From Candidatus Kaiserbacteria bacterium (GTDB taxonomy: Bacteria; Patescibacteriota; Minisyncoccia; Phycocordibacterales; UBA2100), in the NCBI GenBank assembly GCA_016432285.1, contig CP066682.1:666274-730273 (forward strand): DNA of 64,000 bases, in the 5' to 3' direction. Position numbers and translations under genes: made by a program. The notes under the pieces are model-generated. The model was not told the DNA's origin and searched no databases. It worked only from the letters and a program-made list of their open reading frames with translations. The stretch's first letter is position 1. The number at the start of each line of letters is the position of its first letter. This document shows positions 44,906 to 60,941 of this stretch, piece by piece.

Positions 44906-46869
44906 AGTGCGATGAAGAGCGTCAGGATAAGCGTGAGCAAAACGAGCAGCAGGTAGAACTGCACGACGCCGCTCTGGAGGCGCCTTACAGAGTGCGCCAC
45001 GCGCACGATTCCGTGCCCCAGGGGTTTGTAGAGCCAGACTTCCCAGATCGAATGGATCTGCCAATCGAGGTGCTTTTTGGTGACCCACGGATTGCTCGCG
45101 ACCACGGGGGTGGTAATGATCTCGCGGCGCGCCCCCAGGAGGGTGCGGAAGAAGAAGCGGATTGGAGCGGCAAATCCGGTGGAAGTGTACTGCATGCGCG
45201 GCGTGAGGGGCGCGCCGCAATCCCACGTATCGGTGATGCGGATTTTCGTTCGCAGCACGCGGGTGATCAGCCACAGCGCGAGTGCGGGAGCAGCGAGAAT
45301 GAGCGCGACGAGCGTGGGATCAATCCCCGCACCCGGCGCCACAACCACCTCCGCGCCAAAGAGCTTGCCTACGGGAATACCGGAAATGAGGGGAAACGCG
45401 ACGAGGCCGACGCCAAGAGAGAGGAGCGCGCAGATCGCGACGGGTGTGGCAAGGATCCATGAGAGCGCGCCTGCGTGCTCCGCCGCTTCCGTGCGTGCGC
45501 GTCCGAGAAAGACGAGGCTGAAGAATTTGACGAAGGCGAAAATCGCGAGTCCGCCGACGAGCGCGACCGACGAGAGCACGAGGAGTGCGGTAAAGCGCGA
45601 CGCCGGATCCCCCGCTCCGAGACCAAGCGCGAGTGCCTGCACGAGCGCCCACTCGCCGAAGAAGGTCCCCAAGGGCGGGAGCGCGGCCGCCGCGAGCGAA
45701 AGCGCGAGCACCACGCCCGAAAAGAGCGGCCACCTTCGCGCGAGTCCGCCGAGCGAATCAAGGTCGCGCGTATGCGTGGCGCTCTGGATCACGCCGGCAG
45801 CCATGAAGAGTCCCGACTTGAAGAGGAAGTGGTTGAGAATGTGGAGCATGACGAAAAGAGCAAAAAGCGGCGCGAGTGGCGCAAGAGCAGCGGTGCCGCT
45901 CGTAAGAAAGTAGAGCGCGATGCCCGCAAAGATGAGCCCCATGTTCTCGATGCTGCTCCACGCAAGGAGACGCTTCGCGTCGTTTTCGACCGCCGCGTGC
46001 AGCGCGCCAAAAAAAGCCGAGACGAGCCCGAGGAGGAGCACGACGAGCATCCACGGGAAAAGAAGACTGGGGAAAAACGTGAGCGACTGCAAGAAACCGA
46101 AGACCGCCACTTTCAGCATCACGCCCGAGAGGAGCGCCGATGAGCCGGAGGGCGCCTGCGGGTGCGCGTACGGAAGCCACTGGTGCAGGGGCACAAGGCC
46201 CGCCTTCGATCCGAATCCGGCAAAGAGGAGCGCGAACGCGAGCGAAAGCGGCAGCGCGCCGAGTGTCGCCGCCCCTTGCGCGAGCTCGGCCCACGAGAGC
46301 AGCGGATTGCCACCCGAGAGGATCAGGAGCCCGGCGGCGAGCGCGAGAAAACCGAGGTGCGTCATCACGAAGTACAAAAAGCCGGCGCGCAGCGAATCTT
46401 CCGTACGATCCGCGATCACGAGGAAATACGCGGCGATCGACATGAGCTCCCATGCCAAAAGAAACGTCAGTACCGAAGGCGCGAGCACCACCGCCTGCAT
46501 GCCGATCAAGAAGAGTGCCGAGGCGACGTTGAGCCACGGCAGCACGTAGATCTCCTTATATTTTGCGAGCGCCGCGATCGAGTAGAACGAGGTAAGCAGC
46601 ACGCCCGCATAGATGATCCCCAAAAATGGCACGCCAAGCGGCTGGAGGACACCGAGGCCGCCGATCTGTAACGAGGAAAGGGAGCCCGCAAACATCTCAA
46701 GCGCTAAAAGCGCGACTGCACCGAGCCCCACGAGCCCGGAGAGCGCAAAGAGCACTTGCGTGAGCGTATTGCTCCAGGAGACGCGCCGTAGAAGAAGCCC
46801 GAGGAGCGCGGCGAATGCGGGCGTCGCGAGGGCAAAGAGAAAAAGACGCGAGATGAGGAGGGGGTCCAT
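44902..46869 (-). CDS. NuoL-like (HyfB-like) antiporter-type membrane subunit, 655 aa
   Basis: Multiple TM with GLVPLHQWLPYAH motif. Confidence 0.85.
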   Translation of the reverse strand: MDPLLISRLFLFALATPAFAALLGLLLRRVSWSNTLTQVLFALSGLVGLGAVALLALEMFAGSLSSLQIGGLGVLQPLGVPFLGIIYAGVLLTSFYSIAALAKYKEIYVLPWLNVASALFLIGMQAVVLAPSVLTFLLAWELMSIAAYFLVIADRTEDSLRAGFLYFVMTHLGFLALAAGLLILSGGNPLLSWAELAQGAATLGALPLSLAFALLFAGFGSKAGLVPLHQWLPYAHPQAPSGSSALLSGVMLKVAVFGFLQSLTFFPSLLFPWMLVVLLLGLVSAFFGALHAAVENDAKRLLAWSSIENMGLIFAGIALYFLTSGTAALAPLAPLFALFVMLHILNHFLFKSGLFMAAGVIQSATHTRDLDSLGGLARRWPLFSGVVLALSLAAAALPPLGTFFGEWALVQALALGLGAGDPASRFTALLVLSSVALVGGLAIFAFVKFFSLVFLGRARTEAAEHAGALSWILATPVAICALLSLGVGLVAFPLISGIPVGKLFGAEVVVAPGAGIDPTLVALILAAPALALWLITRVLRTKIRITDTWDCGAPLTPRMQYTSTGFAAPIRFFFRTLLGARREIITTPVVASNPWVTKKHLDWQIHSIWEVWLYKPLGHGIVRVAHSVRRLQSGVVQFYLLLVLLTLILTLFIAL

Positions 46870-46870
46870 A

Positions 46871-47401
46871 CTAGGTGCGCGCTTTTTCGATCGCGGCGAG
46901 GAGCCCTTTCAAGATCTGTAGCGGCGAGGGCGGATCGCCGAAAATCTTCGCGTCAACCGGGATTACCTTCTCCACCGCACCCACCACAGCGTACGAGCCT
47001 GCCCAGATGCCTCCCGTGCATGCGCCGTCGCCCACGGCGATCACCATGCGCGGCTCGGGAGTCATGTCGTAGGCGGTCCGCAAAGCGTGCTCCATGTTGC
47101 GCGTGACGGGCCCAGAGACCGTGAGAATGTCGGCATGGCGCGGAGAGGCGACGAAGGAGAGGCCGAATCGCTCACTATCATGATAGGCGTTGCCGAGGGC
47201 GGTCATTTCGTACTCCTCCGCATTGCTTGATCCTGCGTCGACATGGCGAATCCGAAGCGAGCGGCCGCCGTAGAGCCGCGTGATCGCCCGTTTGAGATTT
47301 TCCCCCGTTACCTCGATGTCCGTGCTCCCCACTTGCGGCGCCTGCTCGGTTACCGTGCCCGTTTTAATGATTCTGGCAAGCAGGGAAAGCATATTTTGCA
47401 A
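46871..47401 (-). CDS. NuoB-like ([NiFe]-hydrogenase small-subunit-like) protein lacking Fe-S cluster cysteines
   Basis: Aligns to NuoB (ASPRHADILTVSGPVTRNM; MTPEPRMVIAVGDGACTGG) but CC->SS (AGSSNAEEYEM) and CPP->DPP (IFGDPP), leaving 1 of 4 cluster-N2 Cys; start TTG 47401 or ATG 47392. Confidence 0.75.
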   Translation of the reverse strand: MQNMLSLLARIIKTGTVTEQAPQVGSTDIEVTGENLKRAITRLYGGRSLRIRHVDAGSSNAEEYEMTALGNAYHDSERFGLSFVASPRHADILTVSGPVTRNMEHALRTAYDMTPEPRMVIAVGDGACTGGIWAGSYAVVGAVEKVIPVDAKIFGDPPSPLQILKGLLAAIEKART

Positions 47402-47503
47402 ATAATGCTGGGTACTCTACGCTCCGAATGCCCCCCTGTCCAGCGCGGTTTTTCGGCACGTACGTTCATTGCGTCATCAGCGCATCGACGGTATATAAGA
47501 TGA

Positions 47504-48094
47504 ATGAGAGAGGTGGCACTCGATCCGCCATACACGCCCCTCACGCAGCAGCGCATGTGCTGCGTTCCCTGTGCCGTGCAGTGGGTGCTCTTGCGGCGCG
47601 GACTCCCCATTTTTACGCAAGAGAAGATCGGCGAGGCGCTCGATCTCACCGTACCGCCCGTTCACAAGAAGCTCTTTTGCGAAGGGGTGATGGTGAGCAT
47701 TACGGAGCCTGCCCACGGATGGGGCTCGAAGACCGACGGCCACGACGCCCTCAACAAGTTTTTCAAGGAAAACCGCCTCCCCGTGCGCGCCAGGCACGTG
47801 AAGCACTCCGCACTCAAAAAGCCGGAGGATCTCATTGAGCGCAACATCAAAAAGGGCAACGATGTGATGTTTATCACCTTCATGGGAGTGATCGACAAAA
47901 AATACCGCTGGGGCCACGCGCTCGTCGTGAGCGCCTTGAAGCGCGAGAAGGAACCGGTCGTTACCGTGGGTGACCCGAATTTCGTGGCGCCAAAGTTCTA
48001 CGACCTTCCGCTCTCGCTGATCCTCAAAGGCATGAGTGCCCGCCACGGCAAGGCCGAGCGCGGCCTCTACATTTTTTCCACCGCGAAACGCTAA
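47504..48094 (+). CDS. hypothetical protein, possible papain-like (C39-like) cysteine peptidase fold
   Basis: QQRMCCVPCAVQW (Gln/Cys), RWGHALVVSAL (His in HxVVV context), GDPNF (Asp) in the order of the C39 catalytic residues; TATATAAG directly upstream of ATG. Confidence 0.35.
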   Translation: MREVALDPPYTPLTQQRMCCVPCAVQWVLLRRGLPIFTQEKIGEALDLTVPPVHKKLFCEGVMVSITEPAHGWGSKTDGHDALNKFFKENRLPVRARHVKHSALKKPEDLIERNIKKGNDVMFITFMGVIDKKYRWGHALVVSALKREKEPVVTVGDPNFVAPKFYDLPLSLILKGMSARHGKAERGLYIFSTAKR

Positions 48095-48105
48095 CACCGA
48101 TCCGC

Positions 48106-48390
48106 ATGCACACACTGTGGCGATACGCCTTTGTCGCACTCCTCCTCTTTTCGATCTTCCACCTCGGGCGCGATGTCCTGCAATACGCGGGCGTTGAAAA
48201 TATCTTCACGACCCTCCTTCACCGGAAGCTCGCGTGGTGCGACTGGTATTGCGACCCGCTGATCATTCCCTACGAAATTGCGACCATCGCGGGCGGCGCC
48301 TTCGTTTTATGGAGAGATCGCATTGGCATTGTGGGAGTGATTGCGCTCGGTTTTCCCCCGTTGCTGCTGATCGCTACGCTGCTGCCCTGA
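48106..48390 (+). CDS. small membrane protein, hypothetical (94 aa)
   Basis: Two or three hydrophobic helices; immediately downstream of 47504 gene. Confidence 0.4.
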   Translation: MHTLWRYAFVALLLFSIFHLGRDVLQYAGVENIFTTLLHRKLAWCDWYCDPLIIPYEIATIAGGAFVLWRDRIGIVGVIALGFPPLLLIATLLP

Positions 48391-48404
48391 CAGGGCAAGC
48401 ACTT

Positions 48405-48809
48405 TTACTGCTTCTGAACCTGAAAATCGGGATCGTTCTGCTCGCACTGGATCGTCCAGGTTTTCCAATCCGGTGACGCCGACATGTAGCTCGTGAGAGA
48501 GCCGTATGTCTCTTCACCATACGCCTCACCGGCCCACCCCTTTTCCTGCAATTTTTTCCAAATGGTCGTGGGCATCGTGTGATTGCGATCGCCGTGCCAG
48601 AGATCGTGGATGAACTGCCACTTTTGCGGCTGGGCAAAGGTGAAGGTGAAACTGATCTTATTGCCGTAATCAATAACGTCCGTTTTGACCACCTCTACAT
48701 GCTCCGGGGTGTTGGGTTTGATGCCTTCAAACTTCGGCATGCCCCACATGGTAGCACCCACCACCTTTTCCACATTCCCCTTTTGCGCCGCCCAGATGGG
48801 CGCTACCAT
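48405..48809 (-). CDS. hypothetical protein (134 aa, Trp-rich)
   Basis: Track ORF with diverse composition; GC about 53%, lower than core genes. Confidence 0.4.
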   Translation of the reverse strand: MVAPIWAAQKGNVEKVVGATMWGMPKFEGIKPNTPEHVEVVKTDVIDYGNKISFTFTFAQPQKWQFIHDLWHGDRNHTMPTTIWKKLQEKGWAGEAYGEETYGSLTSYMSASPDWKTWTIQCEQNDPDFQVQKQ

Positions 48810-48857
48810 CAGTGCAGGAGCGCTCAGTAAAGGGCGCTCTTATACGTGGAGGATTCC

Positions 48858-49154
48858 ATGGCCATCTTGCGACCCAACGAACATCTTCGGCTCCCTCCCG
48901 AAGCGATGAGCTTGGAGGGTGCCGGCATGGCGACGATCGTCGTTACCTACCCGCGGCTCGATCACCCGAAGATCCTACAGACCTTTGCCTGGCAGGAGAT
49001 CGATCTCTACCCGTGGTTCCCCGTCATGAACGCCTTTCTGTGCGATTGGATCGTCAACAAAGACTCCAAGCCGCAGTCGGCACGAGTGATGCACTCGCAG
49101 ATGCGGGGTTGGGCTGAGTTCAAGATGGTCGCCGGTGTCTTCCGCCTCCAGTGA
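48858..49154 (+). CDS. hypothetical protein (98 aa)
   Basis: ATG at 48858 (MAILRPNE...) with GGAGGA 7 nt upstream; track ORF starts at GTG 48846. Confidence 0.35.
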   Translation: MAILRPNEHLRLPPEAMSLEGAGMATIVVTYPRLDHPKILQTFAWQEIDLYPWFPVMNAFLCDWIVNKDSKPQSARVMHSQMRGWAEFKMVAGVFRLQ

Positions 49155-49245
49155 CCGCAACGCCCGACGGGAAGCCCAGCGCTCCCGCCGGGCTTTCCAT
49201 TTTGAGCCCCGATTTCCAAGGCTAAATATTGGAATTTCTAAATCA

Positions 49246-49280
49246 AATATGGACATCGAATGTCCATATTTTCTTCATTT
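49246..49280. repeat. palindromic repeat family copy C (ATATGGACATcgaATGTCCATAT + TTTCTTCATTTT)
   Basis: Perfect 10-nt arms; T-rich tail on plus strand. Confidence 0.7.
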
Positions 49281-49458
49281 TCGAGCCTGAAGGCCAAGTC
49301 TCTATTTTGTTACGACCGTGAGAAAATAGGGACTCCGCTTTTGCGCAATCAGAGTGTGGCCTCCCTCGTGGAAGGTTTCGTCTTTCAGGAGTACACTTAC
49401 GGCTGGTGTGGTCACACAAGTGACCTAAGGGGACACCAAACACGTAGGAGTACGTCTG

Positions 49459-49725
49459 GTGAAGATGACCACAATCCAGGGTCCGAATGGTCGGACTTTC
49501 ACGATCGATGCCCATGGCCGAAAGGTCGACGAGGATGGATTCAAGACCTCGTCCTTCTCGGAATACGGCGATCTCAGCCGGTGGCACTGCGTCGCGGTCA
49601 AGATCGACGGCGACATGGTGCAGGTCCGCGACACCAAGGATCCGTCCAAGGCGACGCTCAACTACACGCGCGCTGAATGGGCGGGGTTCGTCCGGGGCGT
49701 CAAGGTCGGCGAGTTCGACGTCTGA
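49459..49725 (+). CDS. DUF397-domain protein (88 aa)
   Basis: FKTSSFSEYGDLSRWHCVAVKIDGDMVQVRDTKDPSKATLNYTRAEWAGFVRGVKVGEFD matches the DUF397 signature (KSS.S....CVEV.......VRDSKDP....L.F...EW..F...VK.GEFD); AGGAG upstream; GTG/ATG start. Confidence 0.6.
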   Translation: MKMTTIQGPNGRTFTIDAHGRKVDEDGFKTSSFSEYGDLSRWHCVAVKIDGDMVQVRDTKDPSKATLNYTRAEWAGFVRGVKVGEFDV

Positions 49726-49753
49726 CAGGACCATCGATCCGTGCAAGAAATGG

Positions 49754-49786
49754 AAACGGCGGGCTCTCCCCCGCCGTTTTTCTTTA
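49754..49786. terminator. bidirectional rho-independent terminator
   Basis: AACGGCGGG-ctctcc-CCCGCCGTT followed by TTTTCTTT; A-rich on the other side. Confidence 0.65.
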
Positions 49787-49828
49787 AGTATGAACAATTG
49801 ACGGTATTTTCTGCGGGAGTAGCGGAAG

Positions 49829-50290
49829 TTAGCCCTCTGGTATGGCTTTTTTCATGATGGCGACGTCGAAGCCGGCTGAGGATTTTCCGTCCTCGACGTA
49901 ACGGTATCCGTGTCGCTCGTAGAACGGCCGGGCACTGGGGGCCGACTTTATGCGAATTCGCCTGACGCCCGCATCGAGCATCGTACGCTCCGCACTCTTA
50001 AGAAGCCGCGAGCCGATCCCCTTACGCATCCACCTTGGCAGCACGTACAAACAGCGCAACCAGCCGGTGTCCCTTTTGATGCCCCAAGTAGCAAACGCGA
50101 CGATCCGTCCGCCCTCTACGCACACGAGAGAGGCGTATGGCTCAAATCGCTTCCCGCCCTTCTTTGTGGCTCTCTTTTCCCACGCGGCAATTTGATCAGG
50201 TGAATACGTGTCGGTGAGAGTCCGGAAGGAAGCAATTTGGACTTCGAGCATTTCCTCGAAGTCCTTTTTTGTCGCCCGGCGCACCTGCAT
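49829..50290 (-). CDS. GNAT-family N-acetyltransferase
   Basis: Acetyl-CoA binding motif RWMRKGIGSRLL (Q/RxxGxG/A), 153 aa. Confidence 0.8.
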   Translation of the reverse strand: MQVRRATKKDFEEMLEVQIASFRTLTDTYSPDQIAAWEKRATKKGGKRFEPYASLVCVEGGRIVAFATWGIKRDTGWLRCLYVLPRWMRKGIGSRLLKSAERTMLDAGVRRIRIKSAPSARPFYERHGYRYVEDGKSSAGFDVAIMKKAIPEG

Positions 50291-50296
50291 GGCGCG

Positions 50297-51559
50297 TTAG
50301 TACGAACGGAGCTGTTTGGCGCGCTCGTGGAAACGGATGCGTTCGAGGGCCTTGGCTTCGATTTGGCGGATACGTTCGCGCGTCACGCCGAACTCGCGAC
50401 CGACTTCTTCCAGCGTGTAGCAAATCCCCTCCTCGGTGAGGCCATTTCGCATTTCCAAAATCTTGCGCTCCTTCGGGGAGAGCTCGTCGAGGATGTCCAT
50501 CATCTGCTCGGCGAGGATGCGGCGCGAGGCTTCCTGGTCGGGCGAAGCGATGGTGTCGTCTGCGATAAAGCTGCCGAGCGTGCTTCGCTCGTCGTCGTCT
50601 TCGCCCACTGGGCTCTCAAGCGAGACGGTGTCCTGATTGATCTTCTGGATCGTGTAGATCTTCTCCACCTCGATGCCCATTTCCGCGGCGATCTCCTCCG
50701 GGAGCGGATCGCGGCCGAGGTGCTGCGAGAGCTCGCGCACCTTCTGCTTGTACTTGGCGATGGTTTCCACCATGTGCACCGGGATGCGGATCGTGCGGCT
50801 CTGGTCGGCCAAAGCGCGAGTGATGGCCTGGCGAATCCACCAGGTGGCGTAGGTCGAAAATTTGTAGCCCTTTGTGTAGTCGAACTTGTCGACCGCCTTA
50901 AAGAGGCCGAGGTTGCCCTCCTGAATGAGGTCCAAGAGGGTCAAATCCGGGCTTCTGTTGACGTATTTTTTGGCGATCGAGACCACGAGACGGAGGTTGG
51001 AGCGGGCAAGAATGCTGCGCGCTTCCTCGTCGCCCGCCTCGATCCGCTTGGCGAGCTCCTTTTCCTGATCTCCCGTGAGAAGTGGGTACTGGCCGATCTC
51101 GCGGAGGTACATTTGCACCGAATCAAAGCCCGCGTCGCTGCGGCGATGCTGCAACTTTTTGCGCTCCAAGACCGAATCTGCGCCCTTGTCCTCCAGCATG
51201 CTGCCGCCTTCCAAAACGTCGATGCCGGCGGCGCCAAACTTCTCGTACATTTCTTCGAGCAGAATGACGTTGTCTTCGATCGTGGGAAACTCGCGCAAGA
51301 TTTCGTCGTACGTGATGTAGCCGCGCTCCTTACCAAGACGAATCAAGGCGTCGACTTTCGTCTGCACTTTTCCGGCAGCGTCTTTGCCACCCCCTTTCTT
51401 CGCCGGCCGCACGATGCGCGCCGTCGCCTTACGCGCACTCCTCGCGCTCGCGGATCGGCGGCGGGCGATGCGCTTCGTCTTCACTCGCGCAGTGGCCGCG
51501 CGCCTCTTGGGGCTGCGGATCCCTCGCTTCTTTTTCTTTTTTGTTTTCTTTTTTGCCAT
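50297..51559 (-). CDS. rpoD: RNA polymerase primary sigma factor (sigma-70) with ~70-aa polybasic N-terminal extension
   Basis: Regions 1.2-4.2 ([40 protein letters not shown]; C-terminal helix-turn-helix motif [25 protein letters not shown]); N-terminus [35 protein letters not shown]... Confidence 0.95.
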   Translation of the reverse strand: MAKKKTKKKKKRGIRSPKRRAATARVKTKRIARRRSASARSARKATARIVRPAKKGGGKDAAGKVQTKVDALIRLGKERGYITYDEILREFPTIEDNVILLEEMYEKFGAAGIDVLEGGSMLEDKGADSVLERKKLQHRRSDAGFDSVQMYLREIGQYPLLTGDQEKELAKRIEAGDEEARSILARSNLRLVVSIAKKYVNRSPDLTLLDLIQEGNLGLFKAVDKFDYTKGYKFSTYATWWIRQAITRALADQSRTIRIPVHMVETIAKYKQKVRELSQHLGRDPLPEEIAAEMGIEVEKIYTIQKINQDTVSLESPVGEDDDERSTLGSFIADDTIASPDQEASRRILAEQMMDILDELSPKERKILEMRNGLTEEGICYTLEEVGREFGVTRERIRQIEAKALERIRFHERAKQLRSY

Positions 51560-51690
51560 GGGCAGTTTTGAGAGCGCAAAAACCTATCTTCCGCTCACGG
51601 AAGATGTATTTCGTATGTAGTCTGCCGAGCGAGCCGCCCCTTTATTACAAAAATGGCTCAAAATCAAGCACTCAGAGACGAAGCGGCACT

Positions 51691-53382
51691 TTACCCTTTT
51701 TTGTGAAGATCCGCAATCTTTTTTGTTAATAACTGTGTGGATTGCATGAGGATATCTATTTCCCCCTGATCGCCCTCCCCCTCTGCCTTCTTGAGGGCAA
51801 CGGCCGCCTCAGCGAGCTCCCGGGAGAGCCGCTCCTGCAAGATCACCCGGAGGAGCGAGGAGGCCTCATCAAGTACGTTTTGCCCCCTGCCGTAGAGACC
51901 CTCGGCAGAAAAGCGCAAACGCTCCCGCTCGCGCTCGTCCATTCTCTCGAGCACGGTGGCCGCCACCTTCCCAGCGGCCTCGGCGAGGTCTTTCTCGTAT
52001 GCGCCCGTGTCGATCTCGGGCTTCGGGAGCGATCGCTGCCACAAAAGGAGCGCATACGCTTGCTTCACTTTGCTCTCCCCGGCGCGAATGGTTTTTTCTT
52101 CGCTTTTTTCCTGCGGAGTCGCAGGAGTCTTTCCGAGCGCTTCTGCGACCGCCGCTTCCGACACGTGGAGGCGCTCCGCGATCTCCCGCGTGTACTGTTC
52201 GCGCGCGATCGGCGATTGCACGTCGGCAAGAAATGGAAGCACGGCGATCTCCACGTTGCGGCGGAAGACATCTTTACTCTTTGCACCGCTTTCCAATACA
52301 TCAAGAAGGAAGGTGATGATGTCCTTCGATTCGCGAATCGCTTTTTTCCACGCATCGGCTCCTTCTTTTTGGATGAGATCCGCCGGATCGGTACCCGCCG
52401 GCAACTGCGCCACCTTCACATGGAGACCCCCTTGGAGCGCGGCGCGCGCAGCTCGTCCGGCCGCCTTGATTCCGGCGGCGTCGGCGTCGAGCGCGATGAC
52501 GAGGTTATCGGTAATTCGGCGTATGAGTTTGGCATGTTCCGGCGTGAAGGCGGTCCCGGAGACGGCCACGGTATTGGCCCACCCGGCCTGGTGGCTCGCC
52601 AAGAGATCCATCTGCCCCTCTACGAGGACGGCGCAGTTGAGCTTCCGCATCGCCACTTTCGAGCGGTCGAAGCCGTAGAGGATGCGCGATTTGTGGAAGA
52701 GCGGCGTCTCGGGGCTGTTGAGGTACTTCGGTGCATCCGGGTGTGCGTCGGCGCCGAAAATACGGCCGGAAAAGCCGACCACCCGCCCTGCGCTGTCGGC
52801 GATTGGAAAGATGATTCGATTGCGAAACTTATCGATCAATCCGCCGCGATCCCCCCTCTTCGCTACGCCCGCTTCGATGATTTCCGCATCGGAAAATTTC
52901 TTGCCTTTGAGGTAGTCGGAGAGCTCGCTCCATTCAGCTCCCGCCTGCCCCAAACGGAACTCCTTCATGGTCTCCTGTTTGAGACCGCGCTCTTTGAGAT
53001 ATTTCGTTGCTTTCTCGTCGAGCTTCCCCGTGTAGAAAATCGTCGCCGCCTCCAGGAGCTCGAAGAGTCGATCCCGGTCGTCTTTTTTCTCCTGACGCTC
53101 GTAGACGAGGGGCACACCCGCCTTTTCGGCAAGCACCTTGAGGGCTCCCTTGAAGTCGAGCCCCTCGATCTCCTCCACGAAGCTGAGTATATCGCCGCCT
53201 TTGTCGCAGCCGAAACAGTGGTACGTGCCGCGCTCAGCCGAAACAAAAAAGGAGGGCGTGCGCTCGTTGTGGAAGGGGCAGCGCGCGCGCATGGCCGCTC
53301 CGCTTCGCTCGAGCTTCACGTACTGCGAAACCACGTCGACGATCGACAACTTATCTTTAATTTGTTGCACTGTGTCGCTCAT
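51691..53382 (-). CDS. dnaG: DNA primase
   Basis: Zinc ribbon CPFHNERTPSFFV...YHCFGC, TOPRIM domain (VLVEGQMD, DADAAG); upstream of rpoD as in the conserved MMS operon; TAAACT 9 nt from ATG. Confidence 0.9.
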   Translation of the reverse strand: MSDTVQQIKDKLSIVDVVSQYVKLERSGAAMRARCPFHNERTPSFFVSAERGTYHCFGCDKGGDILSFVEEIEGLDFKGALKVLAEKAGVPLVYERQEKKDDRDRLFELLEAATIFYTGKLDEKATKYLKERGLKQETMKEFRLGQAGAEWSELSDYLKGKKFSDAEIIEAGVAKRGDRGGLIDKFRNRIIFPIADSAGRVVGFSGRIFGADAHPDAPKYLNSPETPLFHKSRILYGFDRSKVAMRKLNCAVLVEGQMDLLASHQAGWANTVAVSGTAFTPEHAKLIRRITDNLVIALDADAAGIKAAGRAARAALQGGLHVKVAQLPAGTDPADLIQKEGADAWKKAIRESKDIITFLLDVLESGAKSKDVFRRNVEIAVLPFLADVQSPIAREQYTREIAERLHVSEAAVAEALGKTPATPQEKSEEKTIRAGESKVKQAYALLLWQRSLPKPEIDTGAYEKDLAEAAGKVAATVLERMDERERERLRFSAEGLYGRGQNVLDEASSLLRVILQERLSRELAEAAVALKKAEGEGDQGEIDILMQSTQLLTKKIADLHKKG

Positions 53383-53531
53383 GGTTTCGGTAGTTTACCC
53401 CGTTGGATGCGAAGCTATCCAATGGGGCCATAACGCCATTATGCTCCATTCCTCGCGCATTGCACTTTCGCGCTGCCACGTGCTAGATTTTCCTTTCGAC
53501 CGGAAACGGTCAAGTACAAAAGGAGTACGCG

Positions 53532-53786
53532 ATGGACGCGACAACGACGACTCGTCAGCAGGCTCGCGACGCGAGTATGCTGAAGCGGTTCCTGGTTGGC
53601 CGCGGGATGGGCAAGCTTGAGCTCTGCCTCAAGCACCTCGGCAACAATGAGGTGCATTGCTCACTCACCTACCTCAATACCAGGATCGGCAACCAGATTG
53701 TAGCGAGCGGCACGTTTACGCGACGCACGCAGGGCCGCAAGAGCCGCCGCGCTGTTGCCCATCCAGCAGCAGCAAAGAAGGCGTGA
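53532..53786 (+). CDS. small hypothetical protein (84 aa)
   Basis: AAGGAG 8 nt upstream of ATG; divergent from dnaG; no recognisable family. Confidence 0.35.
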   Translation: MDATTTTRQQARDASMLKRFLVGRGMGKLELCLKHLGNNEVHCSLTYLNTRIGNQIVASGTFTRRTQGRKSRRAVAHPAAAKKA

Positions 53787-53851
53787 ACCATGGAATCCCA
53801 CTTCCCTCCTGAAGGCCCGCTGACGAGTGTCGCGGGCCGTTTTTTATTGGG

Positions 53852-57553
<3,702 letters not shown>

Positions 57554-57558
57554 ACTGA

Positions 57559-60741
<3,183 letters not shown>

Positions 60742-60900
60742 GTGACAACAATTCGTACGTGCGGCCCCTTTCCGCCGTACGTGGTTACCTTATTAAATTG
60801 TCTTATGAAAACTTGCCAAAGCGCGTCCGCAACTCAATCAAGCTTAGAGCAAATGTCCGGCGAGTATACAGAAGGCCCTTTTCCCCGTCAAGCGCGAGGG

Positions 60901-60934
60901 CAAAAAAGGAAACGGGCGGAGGGATTCTCCGCCC
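60901..60934 (-). terminator. rho-independent terminator (minus orientation) between small ORF and rpoB promoter
   Basis: GGGCGGAG-ggatt-CTCCGCCC; on minus strand followed by GTTTCCTTTTTTG. Confidence 0.55.
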
Positions 60935-60941
60935 GAGGCGC

